A stretch of DNA of 63,984 bases, filler included, from Sluysia triapertura (Eukaryota): NCBI GenBank assembly GCA_046118255.1. It is 4 parts of 4 records of this genome, joined end to end, with 100 filler letters (N's around TTAATTAATTAA, not from the genome) between each part and the next. Parts side by side here need not be neighbours in the genome. Positions count along the whole stretch, not along the records: positions 53,126 to 63,984 come from JBJNIA010192495.1; 3 more parts are not named here. One strand, written 5' to 3'. Below the pieces are notes generated by a model. It was not told the DNA's origin and searched no databases. It saw only the letters and a list, made by a program, of their open reading frames with translations. Of this stretch, positions 53,026-63,984 are shown piece by piece; the first letter of the stretch is position 1; every line of letters begins with the position of its first letter. The position numbers and the translations under genes were made by a program.

Positions 53026-53125
53026 NNNNNNNNNNNNNNNNNNNNNNNNNNNNNNNNNNNNNNNNNNNNTTAATTAATTAANNNNNNNNNNNNNNNNNNN
53101 NNNNNNNNNNNNNNNNNNNNNNNNN
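53026..53125. other. Assembly gap/spacer
   Basis: N44-TTAATTAATTAA-N44. Confidence 0.97.
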
Positions 53126-53875
53126 TAAAAAATATTTTTTTGATCAAAATTACTTGTTACATAACAATTAGTGTTAATTATAACCATTTTCATTGTTTCC
53201 CCAAAAAAAATACTACGCATTTCATCCCGGACTTGTAGATTAAGAAAATTCTCCCGCACTCAAACGGTTAATTATATTTTTAATTCAATTGATCATATTT
53301 TATAGAAAATTATTAAAGTATTCCTTATAGTTTTTAGAAACATAAATTTGCGTTTTAAATGTAAATTAATTTTATCGTTTATTTTTAGGTGTTCTATAAT
53401 AAGATTCACATCAGACATTGGATCCAACATAAAAATAACATTGGCTTAATAATCATGTTTTATTAAATTAAGTTAAGAAGATGAATATAAATTGATTTTT
53501 TGTGAAAATTATGTATATTGAATGATTTTAACAATTTTTACATTGTTGGCCCACCACACGTTGGTTAAGTTTATTAAGTGACCATTGCCAAGCTCTTAAA
53601 ATTACTTGTTTTAAATGTAAAAACATAAAGCATTTTTCTAAATTTTATAAATTAAAATCCACAAATTTTCTAAACTTAGATTTGTATTTAATGTACGCAA
53701 GAAAAGCAAAAATCACAATTAATAATGAGATTTTAAATAGTATTATAAATACTGGTATCATAGTAAATATTATGTCTGTATATATTTTTCCTGAAATTTG
53801 ATGGAAATCGTTGAGTTTGAAGTTAATACATAAAACACATTATAAAATGATCAGTTTCTAATATATCCTCTTGTA

Positions 53876-54600
53876 CTAGTTACACATTCAGTCTCGAATT
53901 TCTTTTTCTGTCGAATTATTCTACCTATCTATGATTCTTTTTGGCAGCCTTATTAACCATTGGACTGATAGTAACAAATTCTCTAGTTGTAAAAGTAGTA
54001 GATTGAATACAAAAGTTGCGAATTCGTGATAAAATTCATCTTGAAAATAATGGCAATTTATACCAACGATATTGTGTTGACGATTGACAAATTCTACTGG
54101 AAGTACCAGAACTTTTATTGAAGAAAATAGAACTGAATTGGCACAACGAAGAATGAAGATTACAATCACATTTTTACAAACAAACGGCTTATTAATAGTA
54201 GCTTTTTGCTAAGGTAAAACCATTACAACAGTTTCAAAATCTTGACCAAAAGTATTATGTTCGCAATAAACCACTTTTATTAGCACCAGAACTAGTAGCA
54301 TGACTATTGCACCACCGATAGATCTATTTTTGTACATGATGATAGCAAAGTCATTTTGAGACGGTTATAATCACTTGTATTAAATTCAAAATCTGGCCCA
54401 TCTCCAGAAGTCGGTGGTGAATAATTAATACCATCTTTTTCAGTATCAATCATTTCATGCAACGTAATTAGGGCACTGATTAATAACTATATCGAGCTTT
54501 GGAAGTAATTCATCGCTTCTAATCACTGTATTAGTTTCTGATTCATTAATATCGTAAACAATAGTATCTTTCTTTAATATAGCGTATAGTGTCGCTTTAA
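53876..54600 (-). mobile_element. Helitron PIF1-type helicase remnant
   Basis: YDINE..ELLPKLD, DGP (eroded Walker A), FGQDF and MVNKA occur in the expected order; possible CTAG 3' end at 53876. Confidence 0.5.
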
Positions 54601-56106
54601 TTTTATGTTAAGATTAGAATAATTATTTGAAGGCGTTTATAAAATAGAGATTTTATGAAATTATTAATATAATTAAAGGATCGTTAGATTTACTTATAAC
54701 TATTATGATTAATTGATGACACTTAAGATGCTTAAGTAAATACTCGTGAACTTAGGTCCATATTAATTTTGAAGAACATGATATTCTTTTGCACCTTTCT
54801 GACCTTAAAGATAATATAAAACGTGGAAAAAGTTGATTACATTATACTTAATAATACTGTTAAACTTTAGTAAACATTTACCTTTTATAAAATCTTTAAA
54901 GAATATTATAGGTTTACAAAATTCCTTAAAAACAATTATCAATAAAAACAATCATTATTTATCAGTATCAAAAAATTAATTATTTAACAAAAAATACAGA
55001 ATGAAATTTCATTACTTTTTCATTATAAAAAATATTTGAGCAAAAATGCCAGATAATAATGAATAAATTGTGTGACTTCATGATGTTCCGGGCTAAACAG
55101 GCGAAAGCACCACATAACTGGTTCTGGGTGGATCCTGGACGTTACTTCTCTTAACATGATCAACTTTTCCTAGTAATTCGACTATATCCTGTAATTGTGT
55201 CTTCCGTATGATATAAACCACAAATTACAGGCGAACCCGTAAAATATTTTTATAATTGTTGGTAATTGTTTACAGAAAAAACACACTTCAAATGAATAAA
55301 ACTACAATATTTACTTCTAATATATTAATTTTATTTCATTTTTTTTGGTAATTTTAGGTATGTAAATATTTTAGAAATTTCAAAAAATATTTTGCATGTT
55401 TTCATTTGACGTTTACCATGAACAGTTTATTTTTGCATTAGTTGCTTATTATTATTATATTATTATTAATATATTGTTTATATTATTATATTACTTTCAT
55501 TACTATTACTATTATTACTCTTATCATATTACTATTATTATATAATCATTATTATTATTAACATTTATTAATATTATTATTACTACTTTGTTATTACTAT
55601 TACTAGTACTACTACTATTATTTATTTATTTATTATTATTATTATTATTATTGTTAGATTTGTTTTTGTTATTAATATATTTTTTATACTATTATACTAC
55701 TTTCATTATTATATTTGTCAGAAAAATAAAATTGTCAGAATATGAAAATTCGACGGGAACTGACGGTTTGAAGTTTCATGACTCGAATCAAGTTAAATGT
55801 ACCTTCGAAATTTCACCAAATACAAAGCATGCCTTTTTTCAATTCTGTAAGAAATCTCGTATTTTCATTTTATCATATAATTCCAATTTTCAATCTATTT
55901 TATTGAAATTTTAAAAATTCAATTAAAATAAAAAACAATTAAAGCATAGAACAAAAACATATAACACCATTTTTAAAATGGTCTAATATTATAGGTTGAA
56001 TATTTTTTGCTAAAGGTATATTACAAAAAGGTACATTACTTATGGGAAAACCTAATATTTTATTTATACCTTAATGTAGTACAGTATAAGAGCAAAAAAA
56101 TCAAAC

Positions 56107-56313
56107 AGCTAGTAAATTAGAATGAGCTTTACTCCAGCTTAAAGCTGTAACACCTGATTCTAATTCAATTAATCTTTCAGGATAATCGATATTTTTAAGA
56201 GACCAACAACAAACAATTCCACGTTTTTGTTGACTATAATCAAATTCACCATATCCAGCTGATATAATGTCCGTATTCTGTTTATTCCAAGCCAAGCACG
56301 ATACATTTCGGCC
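56107..56313 (-). CDS. WDR78: WDR78/DNAI4 axonemal dynein intermediate chain exon
   Basis: GRNVSCLAWNKQNTDIISAGYGEFDYSQQKRGIVCCWSLKNIDYPER...GVTALSWS..HSNLLA. Confidence 0.9.
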
Positions 56314-58584
56314 CTAAATGATATAATTTTTATTAGTAACTCGTAAAATTTTAGTAGTAAAACAATCATATCATTAAAGTTTAATACAACCCAAACAAAA
56401 TAGACATTTAATGATAGTCTGGACTAATATATAGAACTAAAATGATAAATGATTAGTCTTGCAGTGGCAAAATATTGCGAAATTTTTTATTTTGTGATAA
56501 ATATTCTAAATTATTGTAAAATTTTGAAATTTTATAACACACTCATTTATAATATAATAACTAATTTAAACTATATTAAATATTTTAATATCTTTATTAA
56601 AACTCGTGTACTGAATATTTTAAAATTATTTTATATATAATATCATTGTTTAGGTAATTATAATTATAAATCAGCACCGAAGAAAAAACAGATATTAAAA
56701 TTTATTGATTGAGCTACGAATAAGAAAGAAAATGAAATTATCAAAATTATACACGAGGAATTTTTCAGTAAAGAAAGCACATCCAAAAAACAAGTAAAGG
56801 TGTTATAGACAACTCATACAAACTCAAGATTAAATTGGCAAAATTAACGCTATAGATTATTAAAAGATGACAATGTAAATTGTTCTCTATTTCCATTTAT
56901 TGGCATCTTAACACTTTAAATGAAATACTGAAAAATCTAGAAAAGTTATTCACATAACTATTGCTGGAAAATAAAGACTATTTTTGGTTTACAAATCCAT
57001 CTTGCAGCTGTTTCCTTAGATAAAAAACATTTATCTATCTATTCGAGGGATTCATTGTCAAAAACGCCAGAAATACAATAAAAGTATAATAATCTGGAGC
57101 ATAAAGTTACTAAATGGTTTCAACATCCTAAAACTAAGGCTAACGTCGTAATAATAATTTGTAAATAATAATAATCTATAATGACAATTTTAATAAGAAA
57201 AATAATAATAAATTGTAAATATAATAATTATAATAAAAAAATATAACAATAAATTTTTCTTATAATTTTAATAATATAATAAATATAATAATTTTAATTA
57301 GGCTTTATAGTCCAGATTGTTTGCCAATTTGTACTCAATTAGTAAAAAGGAGTGCGCATGCACTGATTGATTAAATGAGCCCGTATTAGCTGGCCAATAA
57401 AAGTAGAGAATACACGCATACTCATTTGGTAAAAAATATAAAAAACGCTATAATGTGCAATGACAAAACAAGTGATCTTTTAAATAATCTTTACAAGTTT
57501 TGCTTTTCTGCACAATTTTAAAATGTTTGGAATTAAAAAATGAAAGTTAATAGATATTTACCGAGAACCAATTTGTACTCATTTATTCGTTCCTAATGAT
57601 TCTATGAACAACTCTCAATTGATATTTGAATAATAACATAAATAATTCGTTTTATTAATTTAAGTTGACAATAAATACCATAAGTGTTTATACAATCTAA
57701 AAACAAATATAAACATATCATCCATGATGTTAATTATTTAACTTTTAATAATGCTTTATGTTGCAATAAATCTTATTTTAATATTTCATGTATGCAAAAT
57801 TTGACATTTATATTAAGAAATTTAAGTATTCAAATTCAAAATCGAGATTAATTAGTAAGTACTACCTAAGTTATAAAATAATTAAATTATAAATAACTAA
57901 ATACCCTAATTAAACCTCCATTTATATTTTATTAAAAATCTAATAAATTATTTGAATGTAACTAATTAAATTATAGTACAAGATAACCATCTAAATCCGA
58001 AAACAATTATAAAAGATTATCTGAACTTAAATAATTAACTTTTATTTAAAATTATCAACTTATCAACAATTATGTGTAATTCATTTCACGAAATATCATT
58101 ATTATCATTATTTTTAGTATTTTAATTTCTTAATTCACCAGAATTTTCTTGTCATTGAGGGTTAAAATTCTAGGTTTTTTAAGCTTAAAATGTTAAAAAC
58201 GCAAATCTATCTTTTTCAGCAGAAAAAAGTATAACTAATTCAAATAAAGAAGTAATTGAAACATTAAATATTAAATAATTAATAAACCATTTTAACTAAT
58301 ACAACTAGTATATTTATGACACTTACATAAATGTCGAATAAAATTTTAAATGCATTTGGCATATCTACAGAAATAAATAAATAAATTATATATATAATGC
58401 ATAATGTATAATGTATAATGCATAAAATCACTCAGTAAAATATTTTAAATTATTGTAAGTAAACAGGAGTAGATAAAGTTTAATGTGCAAAAAATTTTAT
58501 TCTATTTAAAAAAGAAAACCATTATTATAAAATAAATAATAAAATAGAAGATCTTAATCCGTCAAAATATTAGTCAAATTAATA

Positions 58585-59003
58585 AGGGTTTTCGATCTAC
58601 TAAATAATTATTGCAACAATCTGTCTACTGTACTTGTAGAAACTTGAATACCAAATATGGATGGAACCAAAGCACATATCTTGTAATGTCGTCACATAAT
58701 CTTGAACCACAAGAGTCAATAATGATTATTCGATCCTTAAACATACTTTGTTGCGCATGTCACCGCCTCTTTTTTGTTGAAAATATCACAGCCATTTTCA
58801 GTTACCTTTTCAGAACAGTGTTTATTGTTTGATATTTTTTCATGTAGTGCCTTGACAATAATTCATTGCCTTCATCATTAGACACAAGGATGTCTGCTCA
58901 CCTCTCCATTGTTTGCTAAAATGTCTCTGCCAATTATGTTTTGCCTCGTTTCTTTTGAATTAGGCGATTGATTGCAATAATAATTTAATAGATCGAAAAC
59001 CCT
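58585..59003. mobile_element. Non-autonomous Tc1/mariner-like element with ~40-bp TIRs
   Basis: AGGGTTTTCGATCTACTAAATAATTATTGCAA is inverted at the right end (TTGCAATAATAATTTAATAGATCGAAAACCCT); TA-rich flanks. Confidence 0.8.
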
Positions 59004-61413
59004 ATAAAATGTAATTTAAACGTAATAGTATAAAACGTAATTAAAAAAAGATATTTTAAAATTTATTAAAAAATATAAATTAACTTTCATTTTCATTTTC
59101 ATTTTGTGCATTTGATGTAGCACCATACAAACTTACAGTACCAGTTTCATCGAGCTAAGTATAACTTAATATTTACTAATTTATAGATCTTTGAATATTT
59201 AAATTTCTCAATATATGCATACGGTAATGAATTATATAATTTTAAAAGCTCATTATGTACCACTGGAAGCTAATATTGACATTATATCCTTTTGAATAAA
59301 CTGAAAATGTGCATGTGTTTTTATAATTATGAAATTTTAAGTATTTTAGACAATAGGTTAGTATTAAGATAAATTCTAAATCAAGATATATAAATGTGAA
59401 ATAGTTAACGACATTGCAGTAAACATAAATATTACCTTTAAGAAATAACTTTATATCCCGACGAATTTTAAAACTAGCTAGTTCTGGTGTGAGTTACTCA
59501 ATTGTAGAATGCGACATTTTTGTGAAATTGTTAGAATATCAATAGGTAGCACTTTATCTGCCTCTTAATTTTGATCGTCACCTTGATAAATTGTGCCCCA
59601 CCATTAGTACCAAATGCTACTCGCGTGTGGTGTCACTAACAATTAGCAACCTCTAATTGTAATATATTTTGTTGTTATATTATGTACAATTACTTTTTTA
59701 ATTCCCTTATATAATATTTATAGCTGATATTTTGCTACAATTTAACTTAATATGTAACAAATTTATTTGTTTAATTAGTTAATTTTTATATTGCTGAAAT
59801 TATTTCTTAAAAGTAATTTTTTCTTTAACGCAATGGGTCCACCTACAAGACACGTTTTACGTTTATCTACGATGGCCTTGTAGGATTTAAACACGTAATG
59901 CAATTAAACGTGAGGGTTACTATCCACAAATAATAAATATTAAATTGAGGCTAATAAATATTTATTAATACAAATGAAACATTTCAAAAACATATTTACA
60001 CAAAATCAACGTATAAATAAGTTTATATATTTTGAAGTTAAATTTATTTTAGCTTTTTAATAGAGAATGATTTTAAGATATAGGTTAATCCACAGACTCT
60101 CAATATTTTAATATCCGCACTATAATATACTTTCTAAATTGATTTTAATGCTAGATTTGAACTACCGAAAAGAAAATACTGACAAATTAAGTCAAATATA
60201 GAATCTTCCTTTAAAGAAGATATAAAAAACTTATCTAATTAAAACTTACTACTTATCATGGAAACTTGATACAAATGGATTAGATTCTTCTGACGTCCTT
60301 TACCGAAATTATTCCAAAATAGAAACCAACAAGGTTTTTGCATTAAAGATTTTTAAAAACTGAATCTATGTTGTGTGAAGTTTATTTTTCTGCTGATGTT
60401 AATTTCTCATAAAATTCAAAAATTACTATTAAAATTTACGTGAAAAAATCACTTAATAAAACTTACATGAAATAAATTTATTGTATAAAATATTAATAAA
60501 ATAATACTTTATTTAATGAAACTTGCATAAAATATTTATTAGTTTAGTGTTAATAAAATAGTTATTAATTTGTTAATTTCATTACGCAAAATAGCTATTA
60601 AATCTTTTAATAACTATAGATGTTGCTTTTCAATTGATGTACAGTCCTCATAATATTATGGCTAATTTCTTCTATTTATTAATTATTTTACACTCCAATA
60701 TTATTTTGGCTATCAGATATACATTCACGTGTTTAGTTTTGTTATTTGCTTGTTTCTATTTTCTCATTTCTCATCATTCTCTTTCCTCTCTGGTGCTACC
60801 ATTTTACTAGTGATTTCTTTGACTTGACAATTAAGTTCAAATTTGTCTCTTGAATTCCACTTATTTATTTATTTATTTTGGAATTTTGACATCTTAAGAT
60901 GTCTTATTTTACTAAAGTGATTTGTAGAGTTATTTTTAGTTATTTGATAAATTTAAGATGTTATTTTCTTATGTATTGTTTATTTTTAGACTAATGAGAT
61001 TTTCTTAATTTACTTTTTTGAAATTTTAATTTACATATTCATATTTTCAAAATTTCTAAATTATGAAACGCAATCAAAAATTTTATAAAAAAACAATTTA
61101 CATGCGAAGATCAAAGTCTATTGGCATCTTCAATTTACCACAAATGCAATTGTTTAAGAATAGTGTAAGGTGCAAAAAAGTTCCGAAAAACCTTTTCAAA
61201 TTAAATGACAGAAAGCGGAACCGATTAATTTAGTGCATTAAAAGAGAGGTGTAATAACGAAATTGTTCTGATAAATTTAATATAAGTAAAAGTACACTGA
61301 ATAATGTTTAAATCAAATGGCACAATCACACAAGTTCTCTCAGTTCTATCTTTTACTAAGAATTTGGGCTAATAACGAAGTTACTTAATTATAGTGTATT
61401 AAAATATAATTAC

Positions 61414-61601
61414 TTTAACAATCGAAATAGAAAATCTCCATAAAGTTTCGATAAATGCTTTGTCGGACTTATTGACATCATAACTGGCATTCTCATCTTT
61501 TACATTTTTAGTGGAAGATTTTTCTCCATTATCTTGATATTCAACAATAAGTTCATTTATTGTATTATCAACTTCGAATGTTTTTAATTTCTTCATGAAA
61601 T
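61414..61601 (-). CDS. WDR78: WDR78/DNAI4 upstream exon
   Basis: ...AFIETLWRFSISIVK|gtaatt splices in phase 0 to GRNVSCLAW, giving the WDR78 LWxFxxxxxKGxNV motif; 5.1-kb intron. Confidence 0.78.
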
Positions 61602-63011
61602 CTAAATAGAATAATAAATGCACTATTAATTTTATATTAGAATATTTATAAATTCAAAACTTTTAAGTAAAACAAGACTTTGTCATATTCTTTAGGGGAT
61701 TTTATGAATTTAATCTTATTCTTACATTATATCTTTTGTTATTATTTTTATAAAACTAGAAATTGATTTGTTTAAAATGTTTCAATGATATCAATAGTGT
61801 AATAAATTATAAAATTTGTAATCAAAATAAAAATAATTTTAATAATAATACGAAGAACTGCAATATTTAAAAGTAACAAAATAACACAAAAGGATGTAAA
61901 CTTAAGAAAACATAAAAACGAAAATAGAATAAGAATAGAATAATTATCCAGAAGAAAAGCTATAGGTGAACTAGGTTAAAGTTGCTTTTTTCAACTATTA
62001 TTTAACTGAGTATAGTAAACTGAGACGCTAAGACTATGATATTTGTAAAAACTTTGCATTTGCATCTCTAATGACAAAGACAAGTTTTTTGATACCATTT
62101 CGGTATGAATTTACAATTTTATTTGATAAATTTCGAAACTTCATTTTTTTCAAATTTTTTTAATAATAATTAATAATTAATAATTAATAATTGAGTAAAA
62201 ATTTTTCCTATAATTAATAAACATTCATTACATTTAAAATGAAATACTTTATAAATTTTCATTGCAATTTTTTGGATAAAGCAATACTAATAGGACAAAG
62301 TTATTTTGTTAAGCATTTAGTTTATTTTAGACAAATTATCATTTAAATTGCATTTAAATTCAATCTTGAAATTTGAATAATTAATTAACGAGGTTTATTT
62401 TTTACTCAAAAATTTAAATAAAACATTTATACATTGTCTTTTGATTATATATTATCTGTAATGTGTTTAGTAACAAATCAACATATACGTCTAGAACAAA
62501 GTCAGGTGAATAAAATATTAAAATTATTATTTATTAAATTAATTCGATTAATATCATAAGATACCAATATAAATTAAATAAAATTATAATTAGTAAAGTA
62601 TTATTAATGTTTCTAAATATCTAAGCAACATAATAAATGTATATTGTAGACAAATACGTATTTACTAAGCATGTAAAATGTGTGTAAATCATTTAATTAT
62701 GTAATTTAATTAAGTTTTGTTGGTCGTCCAAAATTATTAGCATTCTCAGTAGTACTTTCTTAATCACCTTTGAATTCACAAACTCATTACTTTATTACAT
62801 CATTTCCGTATGTTTCATGAAAATCATCAAATATTTCTGTAACGTCTTTCAAATTAATGATTTATAACACTTTTAAATTAATCTGAAAATGTTATTAAGT
62901 TATACTCATCCAATAATTGATTTAAAGCATTTAAATTGTGAACCATTCAAACTTCAACCATCCAAAGAAATTTTAGAAATACTTTTACAGAAGATCCAAA
63001 ATATATTTTAA

Positions 63012-63281
63012 CCCTTGTGCGACTAATAAAATAGAAAAAAACTTATTTTAATTTATTAACTTATGATTGGATAATAGAAACAATTTTTTTCATAAAATAA
63101 TTTCTTATAAACAAAAAACATGAGACAAGTGTGTGTGTGTGTGTGTGTGTGTCGTGATAATTATTTTTGATCAACATGAGAAGCCGGCGAACCTAACGGG
63201 GTAGTTATTATATCTGAATAGCGACAGCACATGAAAATATCGGGCTAGCCCGTGAACGTATCGAGATAGTCGAGGAAGGGG
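63012..63281. mobile_element. piggyBac-type MITE
   Basis: TTAA on both sides; TIRs CCCTTGTGCGACTA / TAGTCGAGGAAGGGG; internal palindrome CGGGCTAGCCCG and a (GT)n tract. Confidence 0.8.
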
Positions 63282-63984
63282 TTAAAAGTAGCTATTTATT
63301 GTATAAATATCAGAACTGTTTCTAATCAACTATTTGCTGCAATCTGTCCAACTACAAAAATGTATCTTAAGAATTACTGTATGCTGTGTGATTGGATAGA
63401 AGTAGTTTATTCGTATATCAGTAAAGCTGAAACAAATCATTTCTCGAATAATGAGTTTAACAGGAAAAAGATATCCATCAATTTCAAAAGAGTTTAATAA
63501 AACTCAGTTACCTGGTCCATTCTGTAGTACCCGTGCTAGTAAGCGTTACAAAAGAAGTATAAAAAACCTAGTAAATGAATAAATTGAATGTTTAAGTTAA
63601 GCTACTGACCTCAAAATTTTTTTCTGATCATTTTAGTGAATTTTTTGTTTGTTTAACGTTTATAAATCATTTGTATAAAATGTATAAAATCAACAATTTT
63701 ATTAACACGATTTATTTGTTTATATTCATTTTTTGATTAAAATGGTAAATCACTCTCCCTTCAATCCTGATTATATAATTTCGCATTTAAGTTCATATTG
63801 TGATAAAATTTTAATGTAAATTTAATTTTAATGTAAAATTCAATTGGCCATAGGAATTGAAATAAATTCTTACCATGTTCGATTTACTGCTCTTAAGGTT
63901 GAAATAAATCTTAGGCACTTTTATAAACACTTTTATATAAAAGTGCCTAAAAGGCACTTTTATATATATAAACATTTTATATAT

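Overview
Very AT-rich, intron-containing animal-like genomic DNA. It is made of four segments joined by 100-nt N spacers that each contain TTAATTAATTAA (21513-21612, 38069-38168, 53026-53125), so adjacency across the gaps is unproven. A 34-nt GT-AG intron and an axonemal dynein gene suggest a compact ciliated invertebrate; an orthonectid such as Intoshia is a guess only. Host genes: the 5' half of a P-glycoprotein/ABCB1 gene (minus strand, 8 exons, 1016-13262), two exons of a highly divergent beta-tubulin, and two exons of WDR78/DNAI4. There are also intronless divergent or decayed copies of a cyclin, a TBC Rab-GAP, a RASD/Di-Ras-like GTPase fused to a 10-aa tandem repeat, and a PMCA Ca2+-ATPase. 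The rest is largely TE debris (gypsy-like, piggyBac, hAT/Buster, Tc1/mariner, Helitron). Most notable: (1) four related TG...CA LTR-like elements directly upstream of ABCB1 carrying heat-shock-element arrays (two perfect six-unit, one with a single mismatch, one eroded), with a complete HSE-CCAAT-TATA promoter pointing at the gene; (2) a fragmented endogenous Polinton/Maverick (adintovirus-like) element with major capsid and protein-primed PolB remnants. All family assignments come from motif recognition by eye, not database searches.
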